Source: Raillietiella orientalis
Taxonomy: Eukaryota
DNA length: 20,000 nt
Assembly: GCA_036172245.1 (NCBI GenBank)
Contig: JAYWIR010000135.1
Coordinates: forward strand, 55,406 to 75,405
Reading direction: 5' to 3'
This document shows, one piece after another, positions 10,974-20,000 of this stretch (position 1 is its first letter; the number at the start of each line of letters is the position of its first letter). The notes under the pieces were generated by a model. That model saw nothing but the letters and a program-made list of their open reading frames with translations, had not been told where the DNA came from and did not search any database. A program made the position numbers and the translations under genes.

Positions 10974-12657
10974 TACGGCTGCAAACGTGGCGTTGCAGCA
11001 CCTGTCAAGGGACAGGTGGGAGGGACGAGTAAGGGGACCACGGCCATCTCAGGCACTTGAAACACCTGGGGCACAGACTCTACCCTTTCCCTTCCTCCGA
11101 AGTCGTAGAGTGGGGTTAACTCTCGAGGACAGTTCCCGGAATTCCCCATTTTCTTCGCACCCTCACTTCCCTCGATTATCTTCCTTTTTTCCACGGACGG
11201 GATAATTTTGCGGGTAGCCTTCTGTGTGCGACTGGCTTTCGGGCGGGAGGCCGTGATGCCGTAGGCTGTGTTTTCCGCCTCAACTCTAGAGATCGTTATC
11301 TCCGACTTCTTGATCGATGTCGGACGCCTTAAAGCAGTTTCGCGGATTTGGGGGGACGCTGCAAGGACACAGCGAGCTCCTCCGCCGCTCCCTCAAAGGC
11401 GACGTCGTCGAGCATGCGTTCGACGACAGACGCCACCTCCGGGTCGATAGCCTCCGGTATTAATTTGCCGGAGGGCTAAAAGTCGGCAGCGAAAATATCA
11501 AACGCTGCTCCGTCGTCATCAAGCGCATTCATGCGCTTGATGACGGCAAATTCTCGCTGCGTTTCGAGAGATTTGTTTTTGCTTCCTTGAGGCTTTTCTG
11601 CCTCTCTGATTTTACTACCTGCCATTGAGGTTTCTGGCCGTGCTCCTCGACCTTTTACAAGTTTCCCGGGATCTCGGAGCTGTCCTCCACCTGGGGCACA
11701 ATAGTTGTTTGTTTAGCTTAGGCTCACTCTCCAGCTGCCTGAACTCTTGACTTGTTGGCCACCCGCTTCTTCGCATTCCGTGCGGACGCGAAATGGACTT
11801 CATTTTGCGGCTACACCGGAAGAGTGTGCCTGGGTTGCTTGCATTGCTTGCACTGCAAGTAAGGGCACCTTTTTTTCAGGTGACCTGAAGTGCTGCAATG
11901 CTCGCAGAAATGCGGCTTACCAAGATACCATATGTCAATGGGCTCACCGTTGACCTCCAGCTTGTTAGGTAGGGAGCAACCCTCGTGGACCCTGATGCGC
12001 GCGGAAGGCATACCGCAATTCAGGAGATCGTACTCCCAAAACGGAATCGGCCTTTTCCACAACGCGTGGACGGTTCCAAATTTAACTAGTTCCTTTCAGA
12101 CAGCCTCTTCGGTCATCCGGAAGGTGATTCCGAGGAGGTGGATCACGATAGATCTATCCTTCTCGATGAAGAGGAATCGGCGATTCCACAAAGAAACAGG
12201 TGTACCTAGCAGACCCTGGGCAAGCCTCGCTTCTTTGCAAATCACTTTAACGTACTGTCCACCACTCCTGATGCTCATCGCCAAGAGCTCCTCCTGGGGT
12301 ACTTTGAGAGAGTGCATCGCTTTCCTGAAAGCGCTCGCACTCTCAAAGGAGTAAAGGTTGCCTACCTTGTAGAGTAGACGGGTATTGTACCCCTCCTCCA
12401 GGTAGGCTTCCAACTCTGCTGCATCCGCTTGCGTTGGTGCCGCAAGCACGGAACTCTAGCTTCTCCCTAACTCTAGCATGAGTGGAGGCGGTTGCCCACA
12501 AATCCATTAATTCTGGGGTCGACAAAGAAGTGGCTCCTTGCTTATCACTGGTGGTGGTCCCAGGCTTGCAGCCTAACCAACACATGATCCACTGACACAC
12601 CAGAAAAAAGGAAAATAAAACCACAAACGCTCACGAACGAAATAAAAACCGGTTAGC
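10973..12657 (-). pseudogene. Copy D: probable 5' terminus, 5' UTR and heavily disrupted ORF1
   Basis: ORF pieces 12096..12449 and 11811..12062 (CEHCSTSGHLKKRC, CKQCKQPRH), and 10973..11194. The start codon appears damaged near 12567, and the 5' motif is more degenerate than in other copies. Confidence 0.87.
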
Positions 12658-12659
12658 TC

Positions 12660-13078
12660 TCGAACGCGGACTGGGACGATCTGAAAAGATCGGTCCGCGA
12701 GTTCTGTAGCCGGTTTCCCTTCCGCCTGCTCCCCCGTGGCTTCGGGGAAGGAGTGACCAGCAGCAGAGAGTTTCTGCAGGCTCGCTATTTCTCTCGATGC
12801 CCGGACTTCCGGTACCTTGCTGAGTACAATGCCAAGGGCGAGGGCAATTATGGCAGTCAAAAGGGGCTTGTCTGCTCGACAACCAGGGTTTGAAGTGCTC
12901 GGGCGCGGCCGACGTTCGCCGCTTATTAATGCCCTATTACTCCTCGTTCTATGCTGAGGAGTCAACAAAACGCAGTCTTACGGAGCTGCCTCTGCAGGCG
13001 GATTCCTCTGCGTTCCACGAGGAGAAACGCGCCACTCTTTAATTGCCCTTCACGGCCGTAGATGTGTCTTCCGCGGTG
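12660..13078 (+). pseudogene. ORF2 fragment V: APE-RT linker
   Basis: Manual translation: DWDDLKRSVREFCSRFP...LAEYNAK..ACLLDNQG...YYSSFY...LPFT, homologous to about 5730-5975 (-) and 16570-16965 (-). Confidence 0.88.
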
Positions 13079-13975
13079 GTGGGCGGATCTCGAACAGATC
13101 CCTGGAGGGAGGCTGTGGTATAGGTGTGGGAAATCTAAAAGTTGTGATGTTGCCTACCTGCTTCGGCCAGCCGTCGAGGCCGCAGTGCGGGGCATGCGGT
13201 TCGACGATCACGGTCGTGTCGGCCAGCTGACTCTCAGGTGGTCCGAATCTATCGATCTGAACATTACGAACGTATACGATCCGAGCTGCGCAAACCTGAC
13301 GAAAAGAAGGACGACGAAAGAAATTTTACTTGCACTCCGGCGCGACTGGCTCACCCAAGCAGGCGTGTGTAATGCCAATCTGGTTGCAGGGGATTTCAAC
13401 GTTAGCCTGAAACCAGATGGGAAGAACCACGAGCGTGATCCGGTCAACGAGGTGCGCATGGCGGTTCACACCTGTAATTTGCTGGCCAGTGCACCGGAGA
13501 TGGAGGACAGTATCGACCGCGTGTTCCTTGATCAGCGACCGTGCGAGCTGATCTAGTTCTCGAGATCCATCCGTGCGAGAGAAGCCCCCACTCTTCAGCG
13601 TGGCGTCTGCCATGAGACTAAATGAAGCTCCCGGACGCAGCCGAACATCTCTGCACGTTCATTCGGAGCTCGAGAATGCGGTCAATCCAGGCTTGGGACC
13701 GCTTCAAGCGGTCGAACCAGAAGTTCTGGGACCAGTTCCCTCTGCACCGCCAACCTACGGGTTTCGGGACCGCGCTCCGCAACGAACGAGCCTATCTGCA
13801 GGCCCGTCGTAATGCCTGGACCCCGGACATCCGCAGGCTGGCGGAATACAATGCGGCAGCCGAGAGGCAAGCCTGGCATTACTGATCGGCCAGCTTGCTG
13901 GAGGATCAGAAGCAAGAGCACTTGCACCCGCCCAAATCCGATGCCTGCTGCGGAGATCCTACTCCTCCCTGTATG
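13079..13975 (+). pseudogene. ORF2 fragment Y: APE endonuclease (from about codon 55) and linker
   Basis: ORFs 13062..13556 (GGRLW..NVYDP..VAGDFN..SIDRVFLD) and 13622..13885. The SDH motif is not recognisable. Confidence 0.9.
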
Positions 13976-16900
13976 TTGCCACCCGGTCACGCCGGGGCGT
14001 TTGTTGTAAACTCTCTTTACAATTTGTGGTACTAGGCTCCACTACGGCCAACTCAACCGGAGCTGCCGGGTCGCTGGTACGCAGACCGGCGCGACTCTCC
14101 TCGGCAGAGGAAAAGGGTGGGGAAAAACAAAAATAAAAATAAAACAGAAAAACAAAAAGTTGGAGGGCAGGGAAGTGATCACGGTCCACTGGGAGGAGGG
14201 TTCATCTTTTCCAGGATACCCTTCATGTCCGTCCGAATGATTCACAGGTGGGGCCATCTGGTTGCAAGACGCAGGTAGCGGACTGCGAGTTCTACGGCAC
14301 CCCTCTCGTGGATCGAACTTCTGTAACCGCTTTAGCTCGTCACGCTCCCTCGGATGCAGCAGAGTGCTGCCAGGGCGGCGCCTAGTCGCAGGGCAACCCG
14401 CAGGAAACGAAGCCGAAAAACGTCTATGGGCTGGCAGCCCTCCTGCAGCCGCAGGGAGGTACCAAAACGCTCCCACAGGGGTCGGAGGGCAGCACAATCA
14501 ACAAGGAGGTGGGGGAGGGTATTCTGCTCCTCACACTTAATGAACGCAGGAATCACTCGACCCCTAGTACAGTGGTGGCGGCGTGCGTTGCAGGGTAGAC
14601 CCCAATGCAACAGCAGAAGCGCCGACTCCTCCCACTTCAGGGAGAGGATCCTCGATCCAATAAAATCCGGGGGCCACATCAGGTCATCCATCGGGAAGCC
14701 GAGCAGCTCGCCCTATCACTTTAAAGCACGCGGGAGGACACTTCGGGTAGTGGCATCGGCCAGTTGCGCCGTGGTCCAGCCGCTTAACTTCTTCTCTCTG
14801 CCTGCGATTCGGCAGTAGACTTGTCACCTAGGCTTGCGGCTGCTGAAGTGCTCCCTCCTCAAAAAGGGCATCGCCGTAGCTAGAAGCGTGGTCTCGGAAC
14901 ACGTGCACCGGGCGGGACATTGCAAGAAGGTCCGCAGGCTGCAGCGGGCATGGTTGTGGAATCGCAGGCAGTTGTTGTTTTCTTCTCCTTGGGCATTTAA
15001 CCTCGCCCACGTTCCAACAGATTGCTCCAGCCATGCGGAGGAGATGGCGGGTCTGCATGCCATCCAGACGTCCTCCTTAACCAATGTTGCCATGCGTTCG
15101 AGCAGTAGGCCGCATCTTCTTATCTTCTGGCCTGGACGCAGAAGAAAAGACGCCAGTCCATCGCAGCGCGACACACGGCTGACTAGGATGCGGGCCGTAA
15201 TGCACCAAAGGGTGCTCCATAACTTCGCTGCGATGGCCCGGGAACGCCATCGCAGCTGAGTCACCACTCTCCCCAGCGTCAAGAGGCCGAGACCGCCATC
15301 CCGACGCGGAGCACACAAGTCCATCAACGGGACTCGGGGCCTCCCACTTCCCCGAAGGGGGATCCTTAGGAGGTCCTACGTCCGTTTCTTCAACTGCGGC
15401 AGGACGGGGCAAACAAAAAGCAGGGAGCGGAGGATGGGAGCCGCGAACGCGTTCCACACCGCGGCCCGTTCCGGAAGGAGAAACCTGTCTTCCAAGAACG
15501 GGACGATCGCCAATTCTACTTACCCAAGACGACCCGACCACGCTTCCTGAGGGGAATAGTCCCCCAACGGACCACCAAGGTACTTCAAGCAACTCGCCGT
15601 GGGGATCCCCAAACGGATACAGTCAGGCCGTCCGACCCACGTCGCACCAACCGCTACCACCGATGACTTCGCCTTATTTACCCGTAGTTCAGTCCCGCGG
15701 CTTAGCAGATCGAAGAATTCCTCGACTGCGGTTGCCGGGGCAAACATAGGCAAAAGGAGCAGAAGATCATCGGCGTAAGCAGCTACGGCGGGCGTGCCGG
15801 GGCACGAGCTCGGCAAGGCAGCCAAAGTCACCCTGTATGCTCTCAGCATTAACACGAAGTAGGCCCTGAAGAGCAGGGGACTAAGGCTATCGCCCTGCGT
15901 GATGCCCCGTTGCACCGGCACGCCGTACACTTGTTGACTACTGAGAGAGACATTGATGATAGCGTTGCGCCACCAGGAGCGCAGTTAGGTTAGTAGGAAG
16001 GGTGGTAAGCCCATGCGACCCAGGAGATCCAACAAAAGCACCTGGTCCACGCAGTCGAACTTATTATGCAGATCGACCGCGATCGCTAGGGCCCCCTTCT
16101 CCGCCCAGGTGTCCCTTCCCTGCCCGGCAGGCGCCTTCAAAGCGGGGTAGCCACTCACACGCTTTCGATCATGTTTACTACTCTGCCAGCAAAACTATGT
16201 GCTCGCAAAGAACAGGTTGGCATCCATACTTCGTCCAAGAACAGTGTAAGTCTGTTCCGGGCTAATTACGGATTCTGCCACCTGTCCTAGACGCGACGCC
16301 CACAGTCCGGATATCAGATTGGCGTCCGTATTCACAATGGTGATCCGACGCCAGTTGCTGAGTTCTCTGAGGTCTCCTCTCTTGGGAAGGAGCCTCACTC
16401 TGGCTGAGCGAAACGAGGCGGGAACATCGCCTTCGTCTCGGATAAGCCTTGTCAACTGAAGCACCAGGGGTGCAAACTCTGCCGCGAAGCATTAAAAAAA
16501 CTTCGCGGGCAGGCCGTTCTCCCCTGGTGCTTTCCGCTTCTTAAGCCTCTCGATACCGGAGAGAATTTCGACGGTGGTGAAAGGCTCGTCCAGGCTTTCC
16601 TTCTCCTACTCCTCTATTGCAATGGCACCATCCGGAAGCAAGCGCCAAGAAGCATTTTGTTCAAAAGGCGCCCTGGTGTGAAAAAAGCAATAATAAAGCC
16701 GCACGAGGTGCAGTATTCTAGCCGGAGCCGAGTGCTCCCGGCCCTGGTCGTCCAGCAAGCTGGCCGACCCGGATTGCCAGGCTTGTTGTTCGGCCCCGGC
16801 TTGATTCTCCGCCAGGCAACAAATGTTGGGGGTCCTTGCGTAACAGCGGGCATACAAATACACCCGTTTGTTACGCACCTCATACCAAAATCCGGGGGGC

Positions 16901-16981
16901 AGGCGGTGCAAAAGGAACTCCTCGCAGAACTTGCGGACTGAGGCCTTAAAAAGGTCCCAATCAGCGAGTTTGCGGAGCGTC
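13976..16981 (-). mobile_element. Copy X: longest ORF2 piece (linker, complete RT region, zinc-finger region; stop 14179-14181), 3' UTR and natural 3' end
   Basis: KAPGENGLP, LLPKRGDLRELSNWRRITIVNTD, ISPEQ, VDLHNKFD, RGITQGDSLSPLLF, AYADDL, KYLG, CAPRRDGGLGL. Many stops and frameshifts. Terminal motif 13976-14005. Confidence 0.95.
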
Positions 16982-17062
16982 GAGCGGACGTGTCTTTTCC
17001 CTGCTCCTGAATTTCAATTTTCGGTGCTGCTTTGTGTGGTGTGGGTGGAGGATTAGGCAGCA
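16982..17062 (+). promoter_or_regulatory. 5' UTR, possible internal promoter (homologues end near 1445, 4090, 8490, 12657 on -)
   Basis: Conserved ACG(T/G/C)GT-pyrimidines-CTCC start, GT-rich middle, and AGGCAG(C/A)AATGCCTG start context in copies B, C and E. Promoter role is inferred by analogy with other LINEs. Confidence 0.55.
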
Positions 17063-18684
17063 ATGCCTGATTCCACCACCGGTAAGATTCCGGGGGCAAT
17101 GACCCCATTGCCCTCGGAGGAGATGGAAGTAAGGGCTCCCGCCCCCACTGATGCGCCCCCGGCCCTACCCAGGGCTTGGAAAGCCGTGGCTGCCGCGCCC
17201 ACGCCGACGGCTGTGGCGGAAATGCGGGCCAACCTGGAGGAGGGGTACAACCCACCCCTCCTATACAAGGTAGGTGGTTTATTGTTTCCCGAGAACGCGC
17301 GCGCCTTCTCGCAGGCGATGCGTGCTCTCGACGTAAAAAAGGAGGAGCTTCTGGCAATGTCCGTCAGAAGCGGGGGACAATTTGCGGAAGTTATCTGCAA
17401 CGAGGCAACTCTTGCGCAGAGACTTCTGCGAACCCCCGTAATTATGGGCAGCCAAAGGCTTCTCCCAATTACTGAAGACCGGTCGATGATCACTCACCTG
17501 ACCGGGATTACGTTCCGGATGACGAAGGAGGCCGTCCGGAACGAAATAATAAATTTGCGACCATCCACGCGCTGTGGGGGAAGCCAACTTCGTTCGCTGA
17601 TTACGACGGGTTGCTTGGCGGCCTAAGTGCAGCGCGAGTGACGGTTCGCGAAGGGTGTGAGTTTACACACAAACTCACCGTCAACGGTGAATCCGTCGAC
17701 GTGTTGTACGTGGGGATACCCAAGTTCTGCGGCTGCTATAGCAGCTTTGGTCACCTTAAGATTAGGTGCCCGAGAGAACAGTGCCAACAATGCAAACAAG
17801 CGCGGCACAGCCGTCTGGTGTGCCCCCAAAACACAGTCTGCGTCGTGTCCGCAAAAAACGCGAGAAAGCGCGCGGATAAAAAAGGAAAGAAGCTGGCAGC
17901 TCCTGCTGCTGCTAAGGAGGTCACCACCGCCACCAAGGCGAAAAGCAGCCCCGAGACCCCTGCGAAAAACGCCAAAAAGGTCAAGGGCGAGGGTCAAAAG
18001 CCAGGGTGGCAGAAGGTCGATCCCAAGAAAAACTTCCATAAGAAGGGAAAGAACGTGGCGAAACGGAACGAAACCGCTCCGCGCCGCGAAAAAATTAAAA
18101 GCTGCTGCGTCGTTGTAGAGCGTCTTGCCGCCATCGACGAATGCGGCGCTAAAGAACTCGCTGCTGTCCATGCACAACCCTCCGTTGACAAAGTCACCAA
18201 GGAGGGGAGCGAAGCTGCGGCGTCCGTCAACGAGCCCACGCTCGATGACGTCGCCTTCGAGCGCGCCGTGGAGGAAATGGCTGCTTCGTTGAAGCCGGCT
18301 GCCCCCAAGGCTGGGAAGAAAGCCGTCAGGCGTCCGGCTTCCCCTCAGGAGTCGGCCACTTCCGACCACGAGGTGAAGGCCGGAAACATAGCATCCATCT
18401 CCGCGGCACCCCGCAAAAAGGCAGCACGAAAGTCCACAATGCCCCGGAAGATCTTCTCCCCCGACGAAGGGGAAGAGATGGCTTCCGGTGGCGAGGGTGC
18501 CATGAGCGTGGGTAACTCCCGGAACCCGTCATCCGAGAGATTTCCACGCACGGACTCGGAGGGGATGGAGGGGGTGGAGGCCGATCAGGTGCCTCAGGTG
18601 CCTGAGAAGGCCGAAACCCCAATGGACATCCCGCCTGCCTCGCAAGAGGTGGGATCCCCCACACCTCAATCTTCCCAGAAGTAA
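16982..18684 (+). pseudogene. Copy E: 5' terminus, 5' UTR and nearly intact ORF1 (ATG 17063, stop 18682-18684; one frameshift near 17550)
   Basis: ORFs 17063..17626 and 17611..18684 join into about 540 aa. Second knuckle is CQQCKQARHSRLVC; the first is CGCYSSFGHLKIRC. Confidence 0.92.
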
Positions 18685-18847
18685 TGCCGTGAATCTCCTC
18701 CCGCCGTCGTCTGCGCATCGCCGTTTGGAACGTGAACGGGCTAAGCGACGACGGCAAGAGGCGTGACGTGGCCGCCACCCTTGCATCCTTCGACCTGGTG
18801 CTGCTGCAGGAGATCCACGTGATCTCCGCAGATCAAGCTTGGGAGAT
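18684..18847 (+). pseudogene. Copy E ORF2 start (first ~55 codons of APE), truncated
   Basis: MP*ISSRRRLRIAVWNVNGLSDDGKRRDVAATLASFDLVLLQEIHVISADQAWEI, with a stop at codon 3 where the homologues have Arg. Confidence 0.92.
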
Positions 18848-20000
18848 TTCTCACCCGGTCACGCCGGGGCGTTTATTCCATATAACAGAACCAAAAAAGC
18901 CATTATACAAAATAAACCAGTTGGGAACCAAATTCCCAACCGACGACTGAACAAGAATGAAGAGAATATTGCTAGCACGCAGGCCAGAGTAACAGTTTTG
19001 TGAACGGTGTGGGGGAGCGAGGAACACAAAGAAACCAAAATAAAATAAAAACAATGAATAAGGAGGACAGGATAAGGGTCTTTGGGATCGCTCTGGAAGA
19101 CACGGGGATGAAAGCATGGGCACCGGAAATTTTACCGAGCGAACGGAAACGGGGTATGGGTGGGCGAGAGGTCGCAGGGGTCACCGGATTACGCCGTTCT
19201 CAAAGGTGCGTAAACCGGCGATGTATGCCGGTGATCTCCTCATTCACCTTGTTACGAAGATGAGACCACCTTGAAGCCTTCTTCATGAATTGAGCTGCAA
19301 GCAGGTGAGCCTACCTTCGCTGCGCTGACAACTCCAGGGCGTGGCGGGCCTTCACGATGGTGCGAACGCAAGACAGAGTTGCGACAATCGCGCTAAAACA
19401 AAGTCCATTTCTGCTGAAGAAGCTCCGCAGCACATCAATTTTACTGCCTCCTTCTGGCATGATGGCCGAAGTGAGCCTTTGCCACAGATTCCGGAGGTCA
19501 CCGCAGACCAGCAAAAAGTGCGGAAAAGACTCGAACTCTCCGCACCTTATGCAGTTTGGCAAAGAAGCTCCCCCGGAAACGATGCTTCGCTGCCTATTAC
19601 AGTGTAATGCACAATGTAAAAAGAGCAGCACATCTTGTTTCCACTGAAATGGGAACACGGAGCTGTCCAAACAAACGGAGGGAACCACTATCTCTCCGGG
19701 GGGCACACTTAAAAGTTCGCTTCACCGAAGCAGGCCCTTCACCCGATTCCGAGGTGTGGCGACTTGCACCAGCTCCTTTGTCGTCCAGCTGCCGAGGAGC
19801 TTACAGACTCCCGCTATTTTGCAGAAGAACTCCCATTCCGCCGGCAGGCAACCTTCGTTGCTTGCCCTGAGAGCAGACAGCGCTGCGGCAAGAGTTGTGG
19901 CGGCCAGACGATCCGACAACTTCTTGTCCTGCATGACTTCGACCATTTGATGACTGAGGAGAAGTCGCAGGGGTCGAAGATCTTCCGGGCGCGTTCCTTC
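18848..20000 (-). mobile_element. Copy W: divergent ORF2 C-terminus, 3' UTR and natural 3' end, running off the right edge
   Basis: ORFs 19722..19946 and 19311..19706 (CIRCGEFESFPHFLLVC) align distantly with copies P and X. Terminal motif 18848-18877. Confidence 0.9.

Larger units (their letters stand above)
1..20000. mobile_element. Cluster of nested/rearranged L1/Tx1-like non-LTR retrotransposon fragments filling the window
   Basis: Repeated APE motifs (WNVNGL, LQE, YAP, GDFN, ID.VF, SDH), RT motifs (KA.G.DGLP, LLPK, KAFD, G..QGD...P, YADD), a C-terminal CxxC..H...C finger and ORF1 CCHC knuckles on both strands. No unrelated sequence recognised. Confidence 0.95.

Noticed and set aside
9216..14826. 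Alternative genetic code or programmed readthrough (TGA shared at 9216 and 14824; TAA shared near 4828 and 16493)
   Set aside because: Copy W has TGG at the first site. Trp positions are also hit by TAG, TGA and TAA end ORF1/ORF2 normally, and the copies carry frameshifts. Ordinary decay explains it.
2270..18847. Twin-priming 5' inversions as the explanation of the head-to-head junctions
   Set aside because: The geometry fits, but all inverted parts reach the true 5' end. Where the halves overlap (about 10090-10165 versus 12668-12745) they are clearly different sequences, so they did not come from one RNA. Disfavoured, not excluded for every unit.
263..19950. Long ORFs such as 996..1700, 2308..2907, 3723..4310, 16614..17357 and 17623..18369 as independent genes
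   Set aside because: They are antisense or off-frame shadows of GC-rich LINE coding sequence. Several cross junctions, and none has recognisable motifs.
1..20000. Amplification chimera or misassembly producing the inversions
   Set aside because: Strand switches coincide with natural element termini and join diverged subfamilies, which random chimeras would not do. Read-level confirmation is still needed.
1..20000. Prokaryotic RT system (group II intron, retron, DGR) or LTR element
   Set aside because: APE plus RT plus C-terminal finger behind a zinc-knuckle ORF1 is LINE architecture. I saw no integrase, protease, LTR or template/variable repeat pair.

Overview
The whole 20 kb window is a mosaic of about 15 decayed fragments of one eukaryotic non-LTR retrotransposon (LINE) family of the L1/Tx1 type. 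I found no host gene, RNA gene or other repeat class, and the organism cannot be determined. The reconstructed element has an 80-90 nt 5' UTR with a conserved terminus, then an ORF1 of about 540-570 aa with two CCHC zinc knuckles and a Lys-rich tail. A TAATG/TGATG stop-start overlap leads into ORF2 (APE endonuclease, RT, C-terminal CxxC..H..C finger). The 3' UTR is pyrimidine-rich and ends in a conserved AATAAA..GCC..GGC..CCGGGT-N3-AA motif with no real poly(A). No copy is intact, and nearly every copy is a different diverged subfamily. All 11 recognisable natural termini abut another copy of the family: all 9 that land in ORF2 are antisense to the host and both that land in ORF1 are sense. 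This fits a self-nesting LINE cluster, possibly centromeric or heterochromatic. Two protein features could explain the targeting (both inference): an endonuclease about 19 aa shorter in the region of the L1 target-recognition loop, and a conserved CxVx(L/V/I)ER motif in ORF1 resembling HP1-binding PxVxL. Junction coordinates were read by eye and are accurate to roughly 5-10 nt.
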